Below, piece by piece: positions 13,201 to 50,468 of a stretch of 64,000 nucleotides of DNA. A program made the translations under genes and the position numbers. The first letter of the stretch is position 1. Each line of letters opens with the position of its first letter. Source of the DNA: Hormiphora californensis (lineage: Eukaryota > Animalia > Ctenophora); NCBI GenBank assembly GCA_020137815.1, contig CM035362.1, positions 1,178,001 to 1,242,000 of the forward strand, written 5' to 3'. A model generated the notes under the pieces. It was not told where the DNA came from, searched no databases, and worked only from the letters and a program-made list of their open reading frames with translations.

Positions 13201-16200
13201 CTACCCAAACTAAACCAAAGAAGTATTAGTTTTTTGATTCCGAAAATATGCCTAAATTCAAATTCCTCTCTCAGCCCTAGATGTCCTTGCAAACACAGCG
13301 AATAATATATATGTACTCCAATCTGCTTCAGATTGAGAGATAAGGATATGTGATCCGTAAAGCCTACTCACAGGAGGGCGCGAAGATACTTTTATAGAGC
13401 TAAATACCGCGTGGCCCAAATTAAAGGGAGGGTACGTTGGCCTTCTTTTTACCCAGAAGTTTAATTTCAATCACTCTGATATTTTGACACAATGTCTGCA
13501 TGGGTACTCATTCGAGGAATCTGAAGTTTCAGCCCTCTGGATAAAAGTTCATTTTTTTCGACAGAATGAACATTGAATGAACACCAATATGGGGCCATAT
13601 TTCGGTACCAGAGTTTCACAAATTTGTTTGGCTATCGATTTCCTTTTGAATGGGACCAGTTTGAGCTTAATTGGATCACCACAAGAATCACAGTGATCCG
13701 TTTTCTAAGCCTAGGGTAAGTCATGTGATCCCCATCAAATTATGACGTGTTAGCAAGAGAGCTTACATTTTAACGGATGCTGTATCGGTACACCATCCTC
13801 ATTAGCAGACGTGATACGTGATACTCGACCGTTACACCTGCTTATTGGCACTTAGTAATGACGCTATCGTCTCATTAGGTGTCAGATGACCAAACCTAGA
13901 GTTAGATAACTAGACACTGTGTCTCTTGTGGTGGTCCAATTGAGCTCAAACTAGTCGCGTTTGAAAGGAAATCAATACCCGAAGGCGACTGTGAAATTCC
14001 GGTTCTAAAAAGCATTCCTGTTTTCAAGTTCATTCAGGATTCATTCCAGTCGGAAAAATGAATTTTAAGATAGAGAGTTTAAATTCCGGCTAACATCAAA
14101 ACTGATAAAGTGTAGTGGCCGTACAGATTTTTAGCGCCTGAATTTACCGATTTCTGGTCAAAACAGGTCAAAATCGATATTTGGTAAAAAATATCATCTT
14201 TAAATAACTTATTTCACCCACTAAACTAGATTCAATTTTAATAAAAATGCAGATTGCCATTTGTTGATACTTGCTCTATTGTATGGCGGTTTTTTAAATA
14301 ATTAAATCGAATTTAATAAGGAGAAAACCTCAAAAAACCCGAAAAACGAAAAATTGAGTTCATTAATGAACTTTCAACTTTTATGATTTGAAACTTCGGA
14401 TTCCTCGAATGAGTATCCATGCAGACATTGTGTCAAAATATCAGAGTGATTGAAATTAAACTTCTGGGTGAAAAGAAGACCAACGTACCCTCCCTTTAAT
14501 TTGGGCCACGCGGTACATCACCCGAGTATCCGATAATGGATAAAGCAATGATCATCCTTATCGTAGTCCCGTAAATAGGAAGATGAACTAATCAAATAAC
14601 ACCACAAGCCACTACGCGATATCAACCACCGAGATTTGTAGTTTAAATTAAGGCCTAGCGGCCTCCTAATCGCATTAACAAATACACAAATAATGACAGG
14701 CTAGACAACCACTCGGCACATATCTCCCCCTATAGCAACCTACATGACTCTGTTTTCGTAAGCCCCGCAACAGTTGAGTACCACTTCTACTACTCCTCCT
14801 CGCACCAGTCCACATGGTACGCAAACCACTGTGTACCACCGCGAGTAACCCAGACACAATTGGCACTCCGGCCGGTGACCTAGTCACAATTGGAACACCG
14901 CCAGTGATCCAGTCGCAATTGGAACCCCGCCAGTGACCCAGTCGCAATTGGCACCCCCGCCAGTGACCCAGTCACAATTGGCACCCCTGTCACACATGAC
15001 ACATTAGACAAACTGTACTGCTTCGGCAGTGCATATACCAAACCTAACCTCGCATGGCAAAATGTAGCCTAAACAATTGCAATCCCCCCGCCAAAATCTA
15101 TGATCTGAAGAGTATTCACGAATACGAGGGGGAAATACTTATGGTGTTAATATGATCGATAAGAGCCCGTGACCACCGGGCAGGTCGAGGTCAACAGGAC
15201 CACCTACGGCCAGACATCTCTGGAGACATTAGAAAACGCAAAGTGCCGCCTCTGGAAGCTGATACTTAGCAAATGCTTGCCAGTGTGAATCGATTTAAAG
15301 CTACCGCTATTGGAAAATAGTCGCCGGACTCCCAGGCCGTAGGCAGATCTGTCATACTAAGGGTACTGACCCAAAGCCTGAGATGTGTAAGATACGTTGT
15401 CAGCGACACCGTAGTCCGCTACAGTGAACCATCGTTACATCGTATCCGGCAACCCACCTACTTCTACAGTTGCTTGCAACAGTAGTAACCAGAGACCAGT
15501 CACTCGGACAGGTAAATTCCGCCACTGTCCTTGTAATAGACGGGCGTCTACTTCCTTCGTATGCAATACCTTTCTCGCGGTGCCAAACAGGGCAGGGGGG
15601 AACTCAGCGGGCAGCAAGGAGGGGGGGGGGGAGTAAGATCCCCTATCCCCTCTGCGCGGCCTGCTGGACGAACCCAGGCTCGACTTGGAGAACACCGACA
15701 CGTGACCTTTTTGTGTGGGGACATGTGGCGAGAGGTGAATTCCTAGGGGCAGGCTGTCTCGTCTTACATGACAGCTAAGTGGGTCGGAATGTTGGGAGGT
15801 ACTAAACACACACACACACACACACGTTCTACCACGAATCAAATTCCCAGACACGGAACGAGAGCTCTAGATCTAAACACTAAAACTCTTGGTAACACTT
15901 ACTGGATCATTTTGACGTCTCCTCAGTTTTCTAGTGAATGAAGGTCTGTTCTCGAAGTTATCAAGGGGTGCTCCGTTCAACTCCGCTGCATTGTGTTCCG
16001 CTTCTATCATCTTCTTCTTTTCCTCTAAACCTGGACATTGAATCAGCTCGCGACATTTAGGACATTGACCCAACCAACCATTACCCGGACTAAAATGTGA
16101 GAATAAACATTTGAAATGTCTAATTATAATTTTACCTACTTGATAATAGGTTTTCCTTCAAAGTCACTTTCTTGTGGTCGAAATCATCCTTCAGCCGCTT

Positions 16201-16863
16201 ACTTTCCCTTTGAAACTTCTCATCAATCTGAAATTAGAAATGAACCATTAGTTATTGATTGTTGTTAGCACACAACTTAACAAATTAACCAGAGAAACTG
16301 ACAACACACTGTTCTTAATTGAATATTAGTACTGCAAAATCGTTGTTTCTCTTTACTTTAATTGACAACACACAACTAAAGGAAGACTGCAATTGACAAC
16401 TAACCATCTGTAGCTCTATCTCCTTATCAACGTGACACTTTTGTATTCTCTCCTTGTGCTGTGCCTCTAACTTGGCTAGCCTACTCAAATAACCAGGTAG
16501 CGTTCCACTCTGTAATTGTCGTAGCAAATCCCGTAAATTGTGAACTTTCTCGTGTACTGAACTAGTTTTCTCCTCAGTCTTGATCTCTGTTACGATAGGT
16601 GGTCCTTCATCAGCAGGTCTCTGATCTGGTTGGAACAGGGTTTTAACACAAGATACTAATATCCACTGGGTGACGGGTATGTACCAAAATATTTAGTGTT
16701 TTTATACAGTTATACAGTTGACCCCGGATTATAACTCCGAATTATTGGCCCAGTTTTTGCATACAATGCAATTTGTACCTGTTTCACTGGCATCTTCCGT
16801 GTCTTCAGAACTATCAACCCCTAAATCAATGCAGTCGTCCGAGTACAAATCAACCATTACCAT
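10284..16863 (-). CDS. SUDS3: Sin3 histone deacetylase corepressor complex component SDS3, multi-exon
   Basis: Exons encode [50 protein letters not shown]...[69 protein letters not shown] (stop 10284-10286), collinear with metazoan SUDS3. Start at 16863 or 16857. Confidence 0.93.
11697..12006 (+). ncRNA. HDV-like (delta-like) self-cleaving ribozyme
   Basis: P1 GGGAUGG (11697-11703) / CCAUCCU (11790-11796) with G1-U wobble; P2 CAGUCA (11770-11775) / UGACUG (12001-12006); P3 ACC/GGU closing L3 UCCGCGUC; P1.1 CC/GG (11797-11798); J4/2 GGCUAA with putative catalytic C11997. All elements are in canonical order. Folded by eye. Confidence 0.8.
12245..13120. mobile_element. MITE with ~330 bp terminal inverted repeats and TA TSD (Tc1/mariner/pogo-type)
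   Basis: TA|CCGTGTGGGGCAATAAAAATGCCCCCC ... GGGGGCATTTTTATTGCCCCACACGG|TA; arms remain reverse-complementary for several hundred bp. Confidence 0.88.
13407..14513. mobile_element. MITE with ~125 bp TIRs and TA TSD, related to the 12245-13120 element
   Basis: TA|CCGCGTGGCCCAAATTAAAGGGAGGGTACGTTGG ... CCAACGTACCCTCCCTTTAATTTGGGCCACGCGG|TA; shares internal motifs (TTTGGCTATCGATT, CACAAGA..CACAGTG, TCATGTGATC) with the neighbouring MITE. Confidence 0.88.
14843..14988 (+). repeat. ~30-bp minisatellite, about 5 copies, inside the ribozyme-capped element
   Basis: Repeated CAGTGACCCAGTC(G/A)CAATTGG(C/A)ACCCCCGC. Confidence 0.85.
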
Positions 16864-17065
16864 AACCGCATAGGCTGCAGCTGTTCCTTAAATTTGGGGT
16901 TGAAGTTGATGAGCATCAGTATTAAAACTCAAAAATCTTTAACCAGTTTTCCAAAACTGACTGTTTGCGGTAACATAAGGAAAGAACTATGTATGCGCGC
17001 ATCAAAAGAGCTGTTCTGAGCTGCAATTGGTGGGCGTGACTTGAGGCCCCTCACTCAGAAATAAA

Positions 17066-17315
17066 GATTTTTTGAAGTTGTCAACCCCCTGGGTGGCGTG
17101 CGAGTTTTATTTGTGCGCCGGAAACTTGTTTTGGCTCTCACGCCTTTGTTTCTTGACCAATTTCGTCAAACCAAAGTTTTACGGACTCACAAAATTATGT
17201 TCTTTCCGGTGATATGCGGCTTTTTGCCGAAAAGTGAGAGCAAGTGGGGGCTGTCGCGCAAATACAACCCGGGACGCCGCACGTGAAAAGGGGAGTGACA
17301 ACTTCAAAAAATCTG
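17066..17315. repeat. Short inverted-repeat element (degenerate MITE-like) upstream of SUDS3
   Basis: GATTTTTTGAAGTTGTCAACCCCCT (about 17066-17090) versus AGGGGAGTGACAACTTCAAAAAATC (about 17290-17314). Confidence 0.5.
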
Positions 17316-17603
17316 ATTTTAACTAGAGAATTGATATGACACTGCCTCTCTTCTGTGCTGTTTCTAGACGATACATAAGGCATTGCCGGTTGTGCCTACT
17401 GCCTGGCAGGGCTTAACGAAGTCTAAAAAACTCTAGATTTTTCCTTGGCCTACAGCGCATGCCAAGATTTTTCCAAAAAAAAGCTCCGTCACTTTTTTTG
17501 GGAGCGGAGTTTTTTTCTAAAAGGGGGTTAAAATGGGATTAGATAACAATATCAATATAAAAACACCGGTCTCCCATGGGGGAGAAGATTAATAAATTAC
17601 TGC

Positions 17604-18037
17604 ATTGATTAAAATTGATTAAATCGGGTAGAATTAAAAGAATTATATAATAAGTTAATATCTTGTTTTTCACTCTTGTATTGTATTGTTTTGGTAAACT
17701 TATTGCCTCTATGGCCCCTTAAACTGATCACAGTTGTTCTGAGCAGGGTGAAGGACAATCGCTGCCTGATATAACGGATGGTATCAGGATAAGCCTGTTT
17801 GGTTTTGTCAGCAAGCAGCTTTGCTAGGCGCCTGTAGAATTTTTCTGCCTCGTTGCCCAGGGCACCAGTTATTGAAAACACAAGAGGGCAAAAACAGCTC
17901 TGCTCGACCTCAAGGACCCGTTCGTTATAGCACCGTTTTTTCTCGTCCTCGTGCCGTTTCAGAGCTGTGTCGAGCGGGATGGCACTGTTGGTGGGTGCCA
18001 ATGGATTAAAGATACGAACATCCGTGTAAATTTTGTC
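17604..18037 (-). mobile_element. 3' part of a CRE/SLACS-like non-LTR retrotransposon (restriction-like endonuclease C-terminus)
   Basis: DKIYTDVRIFNPLAPTN...RHEDEKKRCY...FCPLVFSITGALGNEAEKFYRRLA...IRQRLSFTLLRT continues in frame from the 20841-21400 fragment; possible TTTAATCAAT x2 tail. Confidence 0.75.
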
Positions 18038-18068
18038 TATTGTGACAAGTGAAAACAAGTTTTTTACA

Positions 18069-18109
18069 CAATCAACAAATGTTTCACGCGAATGCGATCG
18101 TCAGGATTA
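18069..18109 (-). ncRNA. Minimal type I hammerhead ribozyme in the Penelope 3' pLTR
   Basis: Reverse complement of the 20706-20746 copy. Confidence 0.7.
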
Positions 18110-18150
18110 AAAATGTAAACTTGTTTACTCGTTAACAGTCCTCTGCTCCT

Positions 18151-20185
18151 TCATAAAGTTGGATGTTTCATGAGTTTAACGGCTAGATACTTCCTCTTGT
18201 GCGGACACTTGTTTAACAGTTCGCTCTTCCTGTTTATCAGGTCCTTCCCTCTGAGGATGTGGTACTTTTCCGCCAGACACAGATTACAGGTTATATTACC
18301 AGGTTGATATGTGCGAGCTTTGGCTAATAATCGCCATGTTATGTCATGTCTTATGTCTCTGTCCTTTAGTCTCCAGACTAGTTTGGACAGTTCTGTCTCG
18401 TTTTTGTATCTGTCGTGTCTGAATGTAGTTTTGTGTGTGTTCAGTCTGGATTTAAACGTCCCCTCGGCCATTCCGACGTATTTTGACTCCTTGTTCCCGT
18501 GCTTCACAGTAGCCTCGTACACTACCCCTGTTGTTAGGCACTTTTTATTTACGGGGCATGATTCGGCTTTCCTGCAGTTGCATTCCTTTCCCTTCCCTTC
18601 ATGCATCTCTTCTGCTTTCTTCAGGAGCTTCTTGTTGGTAGCCTTGACGATGCTGTCCATGTTCATCATTGTAGAGTAGGACAATTTTACCGTCTTTTTG
18701 TTGAAGAGCCGGTGAAATGGGTGTTGGGGAGGAAAGTGCAGCCTCAGTAGGTCGAAAAACTGTTTTCCGATATCCGTAGCCACATTTTTCGAGAATGGCG
18801 GGTTGAACCAAATGATTTTTCTCGCCCTTTTCCTCTTCCGGTGTTTTCCACCTTGCTGAATTTTTGTGAACTTCATGTCAGATTTGTATCCTGCTTTTAC
18901 CAATGCCTCTTGGTAGACATCCTTGCATTCTTCGAATTCTTTCTCCGAGTGCGATAGACTGCATAGGCGGTCCTGTATGGTCCTTGGGATGTTTTTCAGG
19001 ATTACAGGTGGGTGGTTTGAGGATTTGTTCACGTAGGTGGTGTTGCTATTGGGTTTCCGGAATGGTTTGAAGGTTCCTGTCTCTGCGTTGAGAGTGACGT
19101 CCAGTATATTCACAATTTTTCCCACTTGTTCCACCGTTATTTTCATTCCGTTGTTCTTGAATAGCCGGTGCAGGTGTTTTTCAATTCGGTTTAAAAGTGG
19201 TCCGTTGCTGTTGTTGATGTATATCAAACCATCGTCTCTGTACAGTCCGCTGTGGCAACCCTCGTGGTTTGATTCTAGGTAGTTCTGGATTTGCTGTAGC
19301 AGGTATATTCCTACCAGGTCAGATGCTTCGGCTCCATCTAGTGCACCCATGGTAATATCGAAATTTTTGTCTTTTTTCCTCCACACTTTGTTGTCACTGA
19401 ACAGTACGCTCTTCCTGCATGCCTTAATCACCTCAACATGTTCTGGTGGTATGTCTGTTAGTGATTTTGCACTCTCTATTGCTCTGTCCATGAGATTTTC
19501 GGAGATTGATGGGTAGAACTCGGCAATATCAAATTGGAGTAATGATGCTTTTTCTGGTTTCGGATTTCCTTCGTGCCTTTTTTGAAACCATGATAGCAGT
19601 TGTTGGGTGCTGATCCATTGGGATACTCCGGATTTCCTCTTTACTTCTTTGATTATGCCTTCCAGAATTAGCTTGCTGGCTTTTCCCAGTTGGTTTGAAG
19701 ATGGGTTTATTAGCCTGCATTTGGGAGCATTCTGGAACCCTTCTTTGTGGTCTTTGACCGATATGAATGCTGGTGCCTCGCTATGGCATTCGATTCGGTC
19801 CTCAATTTTCAGTGTCCTGGCTTGGTTGCAAATCTCTTGGTTGATCTTTTGTAGATTGTTGTCATTGTCAATTTTGTAGTCTTTTGTAATTGTGTTGGTC
19901 AGTAGTTGTCTGTAGTCAGTCAAGCTCACACTGTACCTGTTCTGTGTTTTATCTGCGTTGAGGATGATGTTCTTAGTCTCTCTGATCTTTTTTGCCTCCT
20001 TCCCCATTTCCAGTAGCGTTGGGTCTTGAACTTTCCGGAATTCTATATTCCCTATGAGATGGTATACATCCCGTTCAAAGGGCTTTAGAAGATCGTGTAT
20101 GGGAGGAGTTTTTGTAGATTTCAGGATTTTTTTGAACTTTGTTCCTTCTTGGTCTTGGTCTTGGTCTTGGTCCGTGGTTTCCTCC
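18151..20185 (-). CDS. Penelope-like reverse transcriptase-GIY-YIG endonuclease ORF (5'-truncated by the inversion)
   Basis: ADKT, CRLINP, FDIAEFYPSI, MGALDGAE, LYRDDGL, PFRKP, YVNKSSNHPP, WFNPPFS, CNCRKAESCP, GVVYEA...YVGMAEGTFKSRLNTHK, CNLCLAEK, CPH; about 680 codons uninterrupted. Confidence 0.93.
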
Positions 20186-20705
20186 AGCTCCTGAAGAAAG
20201 CAGAAGAGATGCATGAAGGGAAGGGAAAGGAATGCAACTGCAGGAAAGCCGAATCATGCCCCGTAAATAAAAAGTGCCTAACAACAGGGGTAGTGTACGA
20301 GGCTACTGTGAAGCACGGGAACAAGGAGTCAAAATACGTCGGAATGGCCGAGGGGACGTTTAAATCCAGACTGAACACACACAAAACTACATTCAGACAC
20401 GACAGATACAAAAACGAGACAGAACTGTCCAAACTAGTCTGGAGACTAAAGGACAGAGACATAAGACATGACATAACATGGCGATTATTAGCCAAAGCTC
20501 GCACATATCAACCTGGTAATATAACCTGTAATCTGTGTCTGGCGGAAAAGTACCACATCCTCAGAGGGAAGGACCTGATAAACAGGAAGAGCGAACTGTT
20601 AAACAAGTGTCCGCACAAGAGGAAGTATCTAGCCGTTAAACTCATGAAACATCCAACTTTATGAAGGAGCAGAGGACTGTTAACGAGTAAACAAGTTTAC
20701 ATTTT

Positions 20706-20746
20706 TAATCCTGACGATCGCATTCGCGTGAAACATTTGTTGATTG
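20706..20746 (+). ncRNA. Minimal type I hammerhead ribozyme in the inverted pLTR
   Basis: Stem I UAAUC/GAUUG; CUGACGA; stem II (U)CGC-AUUC-GCG(U); GAAA; 1-bp stem III C-AUUU-G; GUU cleavage triplet. Matches the minimal hammerheads known from Penelope-like elements. Confidence 0.7.
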
Positions 20747-20840
20747 TGTAAAAAACTTGTTTTCACTTGTCACAATAGTTAAGCTCTCCGCATCCCCGGA
20801 TCGAGCACTCTACCAGGATACTAACTTCTACATCTAGCTA

Positions 20841-21406
20841 GTGTAAATTTTGTCCATAGGAAGCCAAAAATCCCTAGCAGCAACATCGAGGCGAGCATCG
20901 TTTGCAGTGTTCGCGGATTTTAGCCGGAACGTTTCGCCAGTGATTGGGAGAAGATGGGGTTCTCTTGAAACATCACGGCATCCGGCCTCTTTCAACAAGT
21001 TTGCAGTAAGGTCCCGGATCTCATTGTGTCGGAGCTGTACGTAACCGCCAAGATGACAAGAGAGGCTGTGTTCAGTGGTGTTAGGTTTTCCACACGGACA
21101 ATTTGGTGGTCTACCCTCAAGTTCCAAGCAGTAGCGGAGGGACATGGAGTCCCAGAACTCCTGTTTGTTCAGATTGAACCTATGTTCCTTGAGGGGGAGA
21201 GATGTTACCCATATGGAAGACCCTCGCCGTGTTCTCTCTTGGTGGAAACGCTGTTCGTTGGGTGGTAGTGCCTCTCTCACAAGTTCTTCAGCCTTGGTCT
21301 GGTTCAGCCGTTTGGTGGTCAACATCTCGGATTCCAGCTCCCGCTTAAGCAAGTGCAAACTCTCTGGATCAAATTTGGGAGCGGAGTCCGAATTTGTTGA
21401 TATATG
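20841..21406 (-). mobile_element. 5'-truncated CRE/SLACS-like non-LTR retrotransposon fragment (zinc knuckle and RLE start)
   Basis: SSIWVTSLPL...EFWDSMSLRY...CPCG...HSLSC...RHNEIRD...ARLDVAARDFW..DKIYT; RT domain absent. TTACTGC at 17597-17603 and 21407-21413 is a possible TSD (tentative). Confidence 0.75.
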
Positions 21407-21462
21407 TTACTGCGCGCGCGTATACTTTATTTTTAGCGCGGCTACAACTTTGCGCGTGTATA

Positions 21463-21581
21463 AAGTGCGTTTCAAACGACTTGACCTGAGATTCCTGGAA
21501 ATTCAGGATTTCCCCTTTGTAAATACACGCGCAATGCGCCGAATTCCAAGAATTACGGGTCAAGTCGCTTGAAACGGACTT
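21463..21581. mobile_element. 119-bp MITE, TA TSD (copy 1)
   Basis: TA|AAGTGCGTTTCAAACGACTTGACC ... GGTCAAGTCGCTTGAAACGGACTT|TA; near-identical inverted copy at 56388-56506. Confidence 0.88.
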
Positions 21582-22774
21582 TAAATTTTCAACATTTTTG
21601 ATATGAGTGATATGATACTTTGTCACTGGCACTCAGTGTCACTGAGTCGCTGTGAGGGATAGTGTAGCCTATCAATGGCTGTCGTGAGTTGTAGGGGATG
21701 CCAATGATGTCATTTGCAGGATTTTTAGAGGCAACTACAAGCCTTGGATCATGATTCATGTGGCACCTCATAATGTAAAGAGCAAAACACGTTGTTCACA
21801 AAATCACAAACTCAAAAAGTAAGGCATATATGTCTCAGACAAAATGTGAGATACATAACACAGCTGCTACAATTATATACACACGGGGGAACATAAATCT
21901 TCTCTTTCACAAAAATTAACTATTTCTCAACTCTGAATTTGGAAAAACCACACAATAATATCACATAGTAATTCCGTGTGCACAGCACGCAACAAATCGC
22001 GTTATAGGTAGGTAGGTACAAAACAAGTTTCTAAAATACACACAGTCTTTATAGCTCTGCAGTAGAAATAAAATCGTAAAAAAGTCCCAGGATCTGATGT
22101 GCACGTGTTAATATTCCACGTACTCCGACTGCACGTGCAATATAACCATGTTTATAAGCATCTGCAACATCTGTTCCAGCAAGATTCGTCTTCAGAGGGC
22201 GGCTGGAATCGTTTCTTTTTTGTTTGCTGCAACCGGTAAATAAACCGCTCTTGAATTATCTGGTGGAGAGGGGATGTTAAATAATGTGAAACTATGGAAA
22301 TTAAAATGTTTCGGGTTTGTGCTATAGATAAGAAAGGAGGAGTGATTGTGCTTGGAAATGCTTAGAACAACACACAGAAAGCGAATCAAACCACCCACAT
22401 TACGGTGTTACAGTCACCAGGTTTTTAACTTAGGCTTCGTTACATAATAAATACACAACATTCGACACTTGCTGACTTGTAAACACACGTGCAGTCAATT
22501 CTTATTACAATTGACAGGCTAATTGAGATTAATTGACGTCTAGTAATGACTTTGGATAAGTCGGGACTCGGGAAGGAGAGGGGAAGGGATTGAAAAGCAA
22601 ATTGAGAGAACGGGAGAGAGAGACCAGATTGTCTCAAATACTACTTATCACAAACGATAACACAAAAAGCAGGATGCACAGCTATTTCTTTGACAGCAAG
22701 AAAGAAGGACGATTTATGAATGGAGAATGAGAGTCGAACGAGAGAAGATTGTGATCTAACTGGGATTCAAGGAG

Positions 22775-22781
<7 letters not shown>

Positions 22782-22861
<80 letters not shown>
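22782..22861. repeat. (GA)n microsatellite
   Basis: About 40 GA units just downstream of the VPS13 stop. Confidence 0.95.
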
Positions 22862-22865
<4 letters not shown>

Positions 22866-22926
22866 AAAGAGATATTAGCAGATCGATAGCTTACCAGATA
22901 AGACCACAGAGTGAGCTAAAGGTGCG

Positions 22927-50468
<27,542 letters not shown>

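Larger units (their letters stand above)
11697..15822 (+). mobile_element. Non-autonomous non-LTR-type retroelement with 5' HDV-like ribozyme, (AC)n tail and 15-bp TSD; contains two nested MITEs
   Basis: Direct repeat CACGTTCTACCACGA at 11682-11696 and 15823-15837; (AC)n run at about 15805-15824; 5' end coincides with ribozyme G1; no long ORF; lies antisense in the large SUDS3 intron. Confidence 0.8.
18038..20840 (-). mobile_element. Penelope-like element (RT + GIY-YIG) with inverted pseudo-LTR and 14-bp TSD
   Basis: 593-bp inverted repeat 18037-18629 / 20186-20778; TSD GTGTAAATTTTGTC at 18024-18037 and 20841-20854; ORF with RT and GIY-YIG motifs. Confidence 0.93.

Noticed and set aside
15085-15137. 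Hammerhead-like CTGAAGA-GTATTC-AC-GAATAC-GAGG inside the ribozyme-capped element
   Set aside because: Lacks the GAAA box and a correctly placed NUH triplet; at most a degenerate remnant.
20095-20664. 189-aa plus-strand ORF as a stand-alone GIY-YIG gene
   Set aside because: It is the inverted copy of the Penelope 3' end fused to antisense sequence.
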